Origin: Longimicrobiales bacterium
Lineage (GTDB): Bacteria > Gemmatimonadota > Gemmatimonadetes > Longimicrobiales > Gaopeijiaceae
Direction of reading: 5' to 3'
DNA: 64,000 nucleotides
Assembly: GCA_965218295.1 (NCBI GenBank)
Contig: CBDCKN010000013.1
Coordinates: forward strand, 480,001 to 544,000
The position numbers were made by a program, and so were the translations under genes. Numbering within the stretch: the stretch's first letter is position 1; every line of letters starts with the position of its first letter. Below the pieces are notes generated by a model. The model made no database searches. It saw only the letters and a program-made list of their open reading frames with translations, and was not told where the DNA came from. Below, one piece after another: positions 40,276-50,455 of the stretch.

Positions 40276-43200
40276 TGGGCGGACGTGTTGTACGATCTTG
40301 CGTATCGCCTCCAAGTCATCCAGTACATTCGTGCGGAAGCGCATCCATTTGCCGGAGATCGACAGCGCTTCGGGATCGCCTTCGCCGATGGAGATATGGC
40401 TCCGGACCCTGGCTTGCGGCGAGGCGGTGCGGTGCAGCCGCCAGAGCTCGCGGGCGTCGGCCCATGCGTTGCCGACGGCCGGGTAGCTCTCCAGCAGCCC
40501 CTCGACATGCTCGAGCACGTTGGGGGCCTCGGCCGCGAGCGTCTCGGGGTTGTCGAGGTAACGCCGCCAGAACTCCGCCCACCCTTCGCCGATCGACTGG
40601 TCGCTGATCCCCTGGGCCAGGTCCTGGAGCTCGCCGCGCACGGCGCCCGGAAGAGTGGCGAGCTGCGCGTTGTCGATCCCGCCCTTCGCCGTGGCCCCGA
40701 AGAGGAGCTTCTGCATGAGGTGGCCGTACTCGTGGCCGAGAGCGGGGACGTCGGACAACGAGACGGAGCGAACGACCTGGGCGCGCGGGTCTACCTGCGC
40801 GAGAGCCCTGCCGAAGATGCCGCGCTTTCGGACCTTGCCCTCGGTGACCTTCACGCCTTGGAGCGCCTGGTGGAGAGCCTTTTGCAGATCGCGCACGATC
40901 GTCATCGCCTTGGGCGCCTCGGTCGCCGTGCCTTCGGTGAACTCGCCGGCGCCGGCGAGCTGTTCCGAAAGCTGCGCGGTGGGGGCCAGCGGGAGAATGC
41001 CGCCCCCTCCTCTCGCTTCACGCACGCGCTCGGCCTCGGCCTCGTACTCCTTCTCGAGGCGCGCGACCTCTTTCTCCGCGTCGGGAACCCGGTCGGCCGC
41101 GGGCTGTCCCCGGGCTTTGATACGAAGGTGGCGGAGCTCGCGCTCGGCTATCGTAAGCTCTTCGGAGATTGTTACCAGGGACGGCTCGGTGGCCGGGTCG
41201 AACGGGGTCTGCTCGCGGGGAGCGAGCGGGTGGACGCCGGACGGGGGACCGCCGCTGTCTGCGTTGGGGTCGGTAACGCCGGTCCGCTCGACGAACTTCG
41301 CCCACGCGGTGTCGAGGAGCTGCTTTAGCTTGGCCTTCGCCGCCTTGCGCTCGTCGAGGGGGTTACTCTCGTCGCGGATGATCGCATAGAGCTTGTGAGA
41401 TTTTTTCTGTTGCTCGGCGATCTCCTTCGGCACGAGCTGAAACTCGACGGACAGCCGCCCGGTCGGGTCGACCAGTTGAATGTGGCGAGCCCGGTAGCCG
41501 CCCCGCGAGTTGTCCCACATGAAGTCGTCATCCGCGACCTCGCCCCATGGAGGCCTTTGCCAACCGAGCTCTTCGATCGCGGCGATGGCCTTCTCCGCAT
41601 CCTCGAGGGTGTCGATCGACATGCGGCCCCCGAGATAGTCGCCGATGATCGAGGGATCGTTCCCGCGTTGCCCCATCTTCTCGAAGAGGCGCTCGTCGCC
41701 CTTGACCCTGGCGCTCATGAGCTTCGCGCCGGGAACATCTCGCTGTACCCGGCGTATAACGTCACGGTAGGGTTGCGCGAGGTCGGCTGCTCTTCGCTTG
41801 AGTTCCTCGACGTCGCTGCTCTGCTGAACGATGTCCCACCCTCCGGGAGACTTGACGATGGGTAAGCTAAAAGTGCTTGGCGGTCCCTCCCTCGACGGTC
41901 GCGTAGTCGGTCGCTGGGTCGAGGACGAGGAGGCCGGCAGAGATTGGGTCGAGACCTGGCGCGGCCCCGAGCGGGGTTGGGAAGAGGGAGGCATGGATGC
42001 CGGTACCGTCATGGGCTCCCCCGAGCTCTCCCCGAAGGGGCTCCGGACCTTCGGCATCCCCGAAGACTCCTGAGGCGCCAGCCCGAGCATTTGCCGGAGC
42101 GCAGTGGCCGGATCGCCTCGTGGAGCGAGAGCGGCCTTTTTGGAGAAGATGCCCCGCGACTCTTCCGCCCCCGGGGCGGCGTAGCCGAAGAGATCGTCGC
42201 TCGCCCCGCCCCTGGTGAACGCTTCCGCCCGGTTCGCGTAGGTGCGGAAGGCGTCGCGCACGCTCCCCTTGCCGCTCTCCAGGAACTTCGCCATGTCGAC
42301 GGCGTGTTCGGAGGGTTGCCGGCGGTCGAAGTCGACCTGAGCGACCAGGTCGCCGATCGTCATGTCGCCGGCCCTCGCCGCGCTCAGTAGATCGACGGCC
42401 TCCCTGACGAGCGGACCGATCTCCCACCCGCCTCCGATGCGGTCCGCTCGGATGATGGCCGGCAGCGACGTGTCGAGCTTGCGGAGCACGGCGGGCGGCG
42501 CCCGGCCGATGACGTCCGGATCGCCCAAGGCCGTGGCGTAGAACATTCTCTCGATGAGCTGGCGGCCCTCCTCGGTGGCCGCCCCCGTCGCCGCGTCGGC
42601 GAACCGGGCCCGCTCGCCCTTCGTGATGACCGCGTCCTCGACGAGCTTGCCGAGAAAGTCCTTGCCGGCCTTCGTGCCCATGTAGGACCGGATCGTCGCG
42701 TCCGGATCGGCCGTGGAGGCGAAGTGGTCGAGAGCTCCCCGGGCTTCGCGGAACTGCACGGCCTTGCCCTTCGCCTCGCTCAAGGGATCCTTCGTCTTGC
42801 CGATCGGAGCGTCACTGCTCTCGTTGAGCGCTCGGAGCTCCTCGATGTTGGTGACGTCCACCTTCGGGTCGACGATCTGACGGAAGAGCACGGGTTTCGC
42901 GATGGAGGCGACCCGGGCCGGATCAATGCCGAGCTCGGCCGCCCGCCGCTCGACGCCTTGTTTGAGCTCGGCCGCTCCGGCCTCCGTCTCGTAGAGGCGC
43001 TGTTGTGCGATGAGCCGGCCGTTTCCCGCCACTACGATCCCGGCCGGCGCCGCGACGGGAGGTCCCTCGGCAACCGAGGACGTGGGGTCGAGCGCCCGCT
43101 CGACGTCGAAGCTCGAGACGATCTGTTCGGTGTGCTCGCGCGCTTGGCGGCCGCGGCGGCCGTGATAGGCACGGCCCTGGATCTCGGCCGGGAACTCCTC

Positions 43201-44442
43201 CGCGCCTCGCTGAGCGTAGTCGGACGTGTGGCTTGCCTTGAGCCGGTCCGCATCGGCCACGGTGTAGATGGTCTCGACCTTGCGGTCGTCGCCCGGGAAG
43301 ACGGACCGCTGCCGGCGTTTCGGGTCGATCGTCTCCGGAGCCTCCTCGACGACCCGCTCCCGAGCCCATGTGGGTGTTTCGGGAGTAACGGCGTCCGGTT
43401 CACGGATAGGCGGGATCGTTTCACCGGGAGACCGGATCGTTTCACGGACCGATTGAGGGTCAATCGACCCCTGTTCGGGAGGCAGCCCCCGCTCGCCCCG
43501 TATGGTCTCGATGGCGCCCTCGAGCTCCTGATCCCTGCGCTCGAAGACCGAGGGGCCGGGGCTCGCGAGATCGCCCTCTATGGCCTCGGGAGTTCGGGAG
43601 GTCTCCGGTAGGGTGTCCCACGGGTCCGTCGAGCGCTCGGGTGCCGTAGGGGCCTCCCGGGGGGCTTCCGTGCGCTCGGCCGGAGTGGCCCCCGTCTCGG
43701 TCGGAGCGGCCGTGCCCCCGGCGGCAATCCCTTTCGCCGTCTCGATGGCCCGCGAGAGGAGCGGAGGAGCTGTCCTCTCGGGGAGTCGGCCGGCAACGGC
43801 GTCGCCGCCGGCTCCGAGGAAGACGCCGGCAGCTCCACCGCGAATCGCCTCTTCCTTGATCCGGCCAACGTCGATGGGAGCGCCCGTGCCGATCGCGGCC
43901 GCGCCTTGCGAGACGAGCGACTGGCTCCCTTCCGCGAAGGTCTCCTCGGCGCCGCCCCGCACGGCTCCCCTGAGGAGCGGGCCGAGCCCTTGAGCGGCCC
44001 CCCCCTTGGCGAGAGCTCCTCCGATGCGCGCGGGCATCAGGATGTCGGCAGCGGCGTAGGGAACCGCTCCCCCGAGCACGAGGGCGTCCATGGCCGCCCC
44101 TTCGTCCATACCCGCGTCCTCGAGCTCGCCACGGATGTCCCCGACGCCCATCAGCCAGCCGGGCAGCGCCGCGCCGGCCATCGCGCCCAACGGTCCCGCC
44201 AGCAAAGCGCCCGCCGTGCCGCCGGCGATGGAGGGAACGGAGGTGGGGAGCGCTTGGCCCAGGTTCTCCGCGAGCCAGGTGACGGGAGCCTCGCGAAAGC
44301 CGGGGCTCTCCCACTCCTCGGCCAGGCGTTCGCCGCGCGCCTCCGCGGCGGCCTCCATGCGGCCGCCGATCCCCTCCGCCCCGAATTGCTCGAGCACGTT
44401 GCCGGCGAGCTCGGGAACGGTGGCGGAGGCTCCTCGCTTCAA
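40276..44442 (-). pseudogene. Phage-type large polyvalent protein, truncated at both ends: DdrB-like ParB, RelA/SpoT synthetase-like and zincin-like domains
   Basis: LKASH..FPAEIQGR..GPPV..VVAGNGRL; ARVK..IGDYLGGR..GYRARHIQL..EFQL..HKLY; HEYGH (40720-40734)..EGWAEF. Confidence 0.8.
41858..42073 (+). CDS. 71-aa protein nested antisense within the polyvalent gene (candidate immunity protein)
   Basis: RBS GGGAGA 7 nt before ATG; mostly G/C-ending codons; the host frame here is a low-complexity S/P linker. Confidence 0.6.
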   Translation: MGKLKVLGGPSLDGRVVGRWVEDEEAGRDWVETWRGPERGWEEGGMDAGTVMGSPELSPKGLRTFGIPEDS

Positions 44443-44976
44443 GCCCTCCTAGCCAGCACGGAACGGGGGCGGAGATCATCCGGCCGACGCTCATGCCCGG
44501 CTCTTGCGGAGCGTCACGGAAGCCCAGGCGGCCCGGCTGAGCGTGGCCGGCCTGATGCGTCGGCGTGCACTGGGGCAGCCGGTGCGCATCGCGGCCGCTG
44601 GGAGGCCCCCACGTGCCTCCAGAGGAGCCACGAGAGGCCTTGGACGTCCCCCGAAAGGCGGGGGAGGGTCCCCAGACGGCCCCAGGACGTCCAGGAGGAC
44701 CGATGGACGAGCCCTCAGAGCCCCGGAGCGCGGCGATCTCGGCCGCGCCCGACCCCGTAGGATCCCGTCAATCCTTTCCCGAGAGGTCCCAGCGGCCCCA
44801 GGAGGTCCGAAACGAGTCCCTCAGAGCCCGTCAGCGCGGCGATCGCCCGGCGCTGACGTCCCATACCCCTGGGAAGCTCATCCTCCAGGACGGATTGGAG
44901 CCTCTCCGGGCTCGCTCCGCTTGGACCGGGTCGCGACGTTCCGGCCGATGGAAAGCCGGACCGGCAGGCCGCTAGT

Positions 44977-45402
44977 TCAGGCGCCGCACCTGCAATGGTG
45001 TTCGAAGCGTTCGAAGTCGCGGTCGTTCGTAAGAATGGTGCCGATGCCGTGCTCTCGGCAGAGCGCGGCACTCTGCGCGTCGAACATCAAGTTGCCGCGC
45101 GAATCCGCCTGGCGAGCGACCGCAATGAGAAGTTCGAGGAATTCCGGACCCGGACGGACAACCTCGCAGCTCGGAGCGTCGGCGATGCCCGCGATGAACG
45201 CGGTCGCCTGAGCCACGGTGGAAGGCGGATTGAACACGCGCCGATGCGTCACCACCCGCATGAATTCCGTAACGCAGAAGACCGGGAGAGCCCAGCGCTC
45301 TGCCCCCTCGGCCAGAGCGACGAGCCGCGAGGCCGCCGCGCCATGCAGTTCGGTCTCGCCACGGTGTGCGTAAATCAGAATGTTGGTGTCAACGGCAATC
45401 AC
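44977..45402 (-). CDS. vapC: VapC/PIN toxin
   Basis: VDTNILIYA, EFMRVVT, GNLMFDA, TNDRDF. Confidence 0.92.
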   Translation of the reverse strand: MIAVDTNILIYAHRGETELHGAAASRLVALAEGAERWALPVFCVTEFMRVVTHRRVFNPPSTVAQATAFIAGIADAPSCEVVRPGPEFLELLIAVARQADSRGNLMFDAQSAALCREHGIGTILTNDRDFERFEHHCRCGA

Positions 45403-45641
45403 GCGCGGTCGATCACGTCATAAAGCGCGTCCCGGTCGGAGATGTCGACATTGGGTGGCTCGTCCCCGGTCACGGTCTCCAACCGCAACCGGAAGGCCGG
45501 TTTCCTGCTACCCGCGTCCGTCAGTCGTGCACGCAGCGCATCCTCGACGAATCTCGTGAGCGTGATCCCGTCCCGTGCCGCCCGCCCCTTGGCCGAGCGC
45601 AGAACCTGATCGTTCAGATTGAGCGTGGTTTTCACGCGCAA
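45399..45641 (-). CDS. vapB: VapB-type RHH antitoxin
   Basis: KTTLNLND.VL..AK..A..FVEDALR; GTGA overlap with vapC. Confidence 0.85.
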   Translation of the reverse strand: MRVKTTLNLNDQVLRSAKGRAARDGITLTRFVEDALRARLTDAGSRKPAFRLRLETVTGDEPPNVDISDRDALYDVIDRA

Positions 45642-45740
45642 AGCCCGCTAACACCGTTGCGTATGGCTCAACCATATCACTAGGGAACATGCATGGAAAG
45701 CCGTTCACGCCGTCATGCGCCGCGCGCGGCGCTATCTTCG

Positions 45741-45766
45741 TGTCCGATATTTGCCATTAACGGACA
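45741..45766. promoter_or_regulatory. Inverted repeat upstream of the Cre-like recombinase (candidate target site)
   Basis: TGTCCG-ATATTTGCCATTAA-CGGACA. Confidence 0.45.
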
Positions 45767-45800
45767 ACTTTAGAAACTAGGGAGAAGGGAGACGATTCTG

Positions 45801-46785
45801 ATGGGCAAGGCGCTAGTTGTCGGGACACGGAGCGGGAGCGGGGAGGCCCTCGCCGCCGCGCTCTCGCTCGCTCAGGAGAACATCGTCCGGGACGCCATCG
45901 AGGCCAGCCACGCGCCGGCCACCCGCCGCGTCTACGCATCCGCATGGGGTCGCTTCGCCGCTTGGTGCGAGGCCCAACAAGGCCACCGCAGCCTTCCGGC
46001 CGCGCCCGAAACCGTAGCCGCCTACCTGGCCGAACGCGCCCAAAGCGGGCTAGCGCCCGCGTCGATCCGCCTGGACCGCGCCGCCATCCGTGCAGCGCAC
46101 CTCGCCGTGCAACTCCCGTCCCCCACGGAGCACCCCGGCGTCGCCGCCGTCACGCGGGGGCTCAGTCGCAAAGCCGCGCTCACCGGCCGCACCACGCGCC
46201 AAGTCGCCGCGTTGACCGGTGAGGCCCTCGCAGCCGTCCGTGCAACCGCCCTCACCCCGCGCCGGGGGCCATCGGGCCGCCGCCTCGAATCCAAAACCGC
46301 CGCGCGCAGGCGGGGCAACGTGGACATAGCTCTAGCCTCCACGATGCGCGACGGACTGCTAAGGCGCTCCGAAGCCGCCGCGCTCACTTTGGGTGACGTC
46401 GAGCTACGCAGCGACGGAACGGGACGCATCCTAATCCCACGGAGCAAGACGGATCAGGAAGGCGAGGGGGCCGTGCAGTACCTCGGCAAAGACGCCGCCG
46501 CCTCGCTCCGACTGATTCGCCCGGCCCGCGTCGAAGCCGCCGCGCGCGTCTTCGGGCTCGCTTGTGGCCGAAGCATCGCCCGCCGCCTCGCCCGAATGGC
46601 TACCGGCCGCCGGGCTCTCCGGTGCGTTTAGCGGTCACTCCGGGCGGGTAGGCATGGCGCGCGACCTGGTAGCCGGCGGCGCGAGTGTCGCTGCCGTACA
46701 GGTCGCCGGCCGATGGGAGTCCGCACGGATGCCCGCTCTCTACGCACGGGGTGAGCTAGCCGCCCGTGGCGCCGTGGCTCAGTAA
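45801..46785 (+). pseudogene. Cre-like tyrosine recombinase, frameshifted near 46610
   Basis: TRRVY..W..F..WC, LLRRSE, RSKTDQEGEG; second frame FSGHSGRVG, AGRW, Y. Confidence 0.88.
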
Positions 46786-47633
46786 CTACGGTTGAGTGCA
46801 CCCCCGCCCGTCCCATTTCCCCCCCTGGCCGGGGGTGCCCCGCGTCCGCAGACCCTCCGGAGGGAGGCCCTGGCGACCGCCGCGGCGGCCGTCGATGGCT
46901 GATGACGTCGGTCATGCTTTGAACGCTACAGCGCGGCCGCGCCGGGCGTCAGTGACACTTTCGCCAGTGTCGGAACCGCCAGGTGTGTCCGGTTTTTTAC
47001 GTCTCGAGGAGGCTCCGGTTTCTCTGGTCCGAGCTCGAGCTTGCGGCGCACGATGTCGATCTTGGCGCGCACGGAGCTCGCGGACGATGGCGCCCCGGAT
47101 CTCGGACGCCGAGTAGGTGTGCGTCTCCTCGGCAACCTTGAGCTCCTGCCTGAGCTCCCTCACCGTGAGCGTCCGGGTCCTGCTTCGGCTCCTCGGGAGG
47201 CACCTCCGGATCCGTGTCCAAATCGGTGTCCAAAGTGTACAAATGGATTCCCCTGCGCTCGAGCCAGTTGTGCACCTTGCCGCCGATGATTTTTGCGTCC
47301 CACCACCGTCTCCGCCACCACGGCGCCGTCAGGTATCGCAGAGCACTCTCCGCTGCATCGAGGCGCGCCGCAAGTGGAGTATCTTATGGGTGTTATAGAG
47401 TTCGGGGATCGCCATCACGTCGCCCCTCGTGGTGAGCTTCGCCTTGTACTTGCGACCCCTCGCCGCCTCGCTTTCGGTCTCCTGCGCCAGACGCCTTTTG
47501 TCCACGTCAAAACGCCCGTCCATGTACGCCTCTTGTGCACCCGGCGTGTGCACGAGGAGGAGGCGCTCGGGCATCACGAACGAGGACCTCCGCGACGTCG
47601 CCCGGGACCGCTTCACTCCCTGGGCCTGGTGAC

Positions 47634-47903
47634 GTGGCGCGACACGACGACCCGTGGGATGCGCTAGGACCTACCGGGCGCCCCGGTACGGCCGTCGCCA
47701 CAGTGGACCCGGCCAGCCAGGCGCGCCGGCCGATCCGTGGGACGAGCTCTTCGGAGCTCCCGTCTACTCGCCAACCCCCGCAGCTCCGGAAGCTCCCAGG
47801 GATGGGCCTCGGGGAACGCCTGGCCCGTCCGTTCCGTGCGTTCGGGGCCGGTCTCGAGCGAGGAGCGACCGCGACCGTCCCCGAGCTCGGGGGGAACCGC
47901 TAG
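47634..47903 (+). pseudogene. N-terminal fragment of a polyvalent-protein paralog
   Basis: GTG just after an upstream TGA; DPWD motifs; RGATATVPELGGN matches RGASATVPELAGN at the start of the 44442 ORF. Confidence 0.65.
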
Positions 47904-47944
47904 CACCGCTGACAGCCGGATGGTGCGGTGACAGCTCATTCGGA

Positions 47945-48510
47945 TTCCTGAATGGCTGCTCGCGGGGAGCGAGCGGGTGGACGCCGGGGGGGTGCTACTC
48001 CTTCTCGGGTCTCGGGAAGCTCAGGCGATGGACTATCCCGGTCGCCTTGTCGAAATCGAACACCCCGTTGGTCTCGAAGTCCTCGTCCTGTTCAGATGCC
48101 TCGTGGACGGGTAGCCGCCGGGCGGCAGCGTCTTCCTCTCGGGTTGTTTGTCTTTGGGCATTCGAGCCTTCCTCGACGAGGCGTGGCGGCTGGCCGAACT
48201 CGACGCCCCTGGTCCAGCCACGTGAATCTACTGACGCCCCAGAGTGTGTTTTCAACTCCTCGAAAGCCGTCTGCGGGTTGGTCCCCATGACGTCGAGCGT
48301 ATAGATGGGGTCGACGAACCTGCCCGAGCCGAGGAACCGCGAGACGGTGCGGCCGGCCGCGAGCATCGGCGCCAGGTCGACCAGGTACAGGTCCGTGACG
48401 TAGCCGGCCCGCATCGAGCACGTCGAGGAGGTCCTGCACGGGGCCCGTTGAAGCTGCCGACCCAGGGGGGAACGACGACGTTGTCGCTGTTGGCCGGGAT
48501 GGTCCGACCG
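47945..48510 (-). pseudogene. Internal fragment of a polyvalent paralog with a zeta-toxin-like kinase C-terminal half
   Basis: Across frameshifts: DNVVVPWVG..LLDVL..AGY..LYLVDL..R..SRF..GRFVDP..FEELK..WLDQ.VEFGQPP, then GVHPLAPREQ as in the 1406-aa ORF. Walker A is absent. Confidence 0.6.
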
Positions 48511-48828
48511 TCGGGTGTGCTTTGGGAGGCCATCATGAAAAGGGGGGGCATGCGCCGTTCAAAGGGCTGGGCGGAAGAACTGCTGTTGACAGAGAGAGGG
48601 AGTGGCGGCGGCTGGCGGCCCCGGAGCCCGTTACGGGCGATTCTACGACCTCGAGGGCGGGGGGGGGTCGCCCGGTCCCCTCCCCGGCCCCTGGAGGAGG
48701 CTCCCCGGCCGGCGGACCCTACCGCGACGGAAGGCGTCAGGCGCGTTCTACGGGGCCTCTTGCTACCATCTCCGCAGAGGGTCGCTCCCGCCCCGCCCAA
48801 GTCCCTGCGGGAAGCTAGGCCCTCGTCG

Positions 48829-49056
48829 TCACAGTCTTTCCTCGAATGCCGAACGAGGCACTCCGGACTGGCGGATGATCGCCATCAGCGTGCCGGTGCG
48901 CAGCTCTCGATGATCCGGCACCGGAACGGTGACCGTGCCGTCGGCATCCGTCTTCTGCATCGCGATGTGGCTGCCGCGCCGCCTGACTTCGACGAAACCG
49001 TTGGTAGCGAGGATGCGGCAGACCTCGCGACCGGACAGCACGCGCAGTCTAGCCAA
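48829..49056 (-). CDS. hicA: HicA toxin
   Basis: LSGREV..GF..RRRGSH..VPVPDH..GTL..IIRQ. Confidence 0.92.
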   Translation of the reverse strand: MARLRVLSGREVCRILATNGFVEVRRRGSHIAMQKTDADGTVTVPVPDHRELRTGTLMAIIRQSGVPRSAFEERL

Positions 49057-49270
49057 CTACGACCTCAATCTGGGTCACATAGACTTCGCCGCGCAGCCGC
49101 CTGTTAGCTTCGTCGGCGGGTGCGGTTTCGAAAAACAGGGCGAGGGCTTCGGCCAAGTTGTCGCGCGCCTCGGCCACGGTCTCGCCCTGGCTAGCGACAT
49201 CCACCTCCGGGCAGAGCGCCACATAGCCGTCGCCCTCGCGTTCGACGATCGCGGTCAAGCGTCTGTTCAT
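49049..49270 (-). CDS. hicB: HicB antitoxin (short form)
   Basis: EGDGYVALCPE..SQGETVAEA..NL.EAL. Confidence 0.92.
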   Translation of the reverse strand: MNRRLTAIVEREGDGYVALCPEVDVASQGETVAEARDNLAEALALFFETAPADEANRRLRGEVYVTQIEVVVG

Positions 49271-49385
49271 AATACACGTCTCCCGTGCCAAAGCTGTCCG
49301 GCTCCGGCATTCCCGTGGCAACAGGCGATGAATCGCTGTGTAAGGATTTTTTGCCGGGCACCGTCCCGGCTTCACGAGTATAATG

Positions 49386-49541
49386 TCACGACCCGGACTT
49401 TGGGGCTGATCTAGTCGGCTCCGGAATGTTCAACGTGCCCCGCCTCGAAGCGGGCGGCCAGGTATTCGGCACGGTCCCGTCGGACCCCGGAATCACGAAG
49501 CCCTTCTGGCGGAGATCCTTCAGCGCCGTAAGGTGGCCCAT
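49386..49541 (-). CDS. 51-aa ORF overlapping the end of a zeta-like fragment (candidate antitoxin)
   Basis: RBS GAGGAGG; ATG in the +1 frame right after LDQDVEQGQPPIVIEEG. Confidence 0.4.
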   Translation of the reverse strand: MGHLTALKDLRQKGFVIPGSDGTVPNTWPPASRRGTLNIPEPTRSAPKSGS

Positions 49542-49799
49542 TCTGCCCCTCCTCGATCACGATGGGCGGCTGGCCCTGCTCCACGTCTTGATCCAGCCTC
49601 TTGAATCTACTAACAACCCCCAGGATTCTGTGCCCCGAAAGTGAGGGGGGTGGTGAACACCCGTACACACGCCCGTGTACACGTCCGTAAGATTTCCGAC
49701 CATCCCGTGTGCGTCCCAAGTCGTCCTCCACATTGGAGATACGAGGTCACGCACGATCCCCCCCCGCGTGTCAACGGCCATCGAAAGCTGCACAGGTCT

Positions 49800-50455
49800 T
49801 GGAGTGAACCCCTAAAAGTAGACACAGAGAGGGCGATGGATTGACCTTCCGTAATCACCCAGGGAGAATCAATGACGGTTCGACGCCACAGGAGGTACAG
49901 CACAGAGTTCAAGATCCAGCTCGTCCAAGCCTATCTGGACGGAGAAGGCAGCGCGAGGTCGATTGCGACACGACACGAGGTCCCCCGCTCCCTGCTGATG
50001 ATCTGGATCAAGAAGTACGAAGCAGGGGATCTCACAAGGGAGATCCACCTCCAGGAGCAGGTTGTCGAGTACGGGGCAAAGATTGCGGCGCTTAAGCGCA
50101 AGGTCGGTCAGCTGACGATGGAGCTTGACGTCATGAAAAAAAGGGCGTTGATACGACCGTCGCAGCAAGGCGCGCGGCCGTCGATCATCTCCGGTCCAGG
50201 GGCGTCCCCATCCGACGGGGATGTAGCCTCATGAACATGGCGAGGAGCACCTTCTACAAGCGACCGCATGCGGGCCACCGGGCAGCCCAGGGAGAAGGCC
50301 GATGCAGACCTGCGCGTTCGGATCGAAGACATCCTGGCCGAGTTCCCCGCCTACGGATACCGACGGGTCACGCACGAGCTCCGGAGACGTGGCCTGGTGA
50401 TTAATCACAAGCGAGTGGCGCGTGTCATGCGTGAGCACGCGCTCACGCCCCACCC
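49800..50455 (+). mobile_element. Left part of the second IS3-family element (orfA 49872-50234, start of orfB)
   Basis: IRL TGGAGTGAACCCCTAAAAGTAGACA matches the IRR ending at 29174; YSTEFK HTH; YGYRRV..INHKRVARVM. Confidence 0.9.

Noticed and set aside
40285..41328. 347-aa antisense ORF in the polyvalent gene
   Set aside because: It overlaps a well-formed HExxH domain, has no clear RBS, and has typical high-GC shadow composition, unlike 41858-42073.
44460..44620. mobC-like fragment (LSVAGLMRRRALG)
   Set aside because: Too short and frameshifted to support a call.
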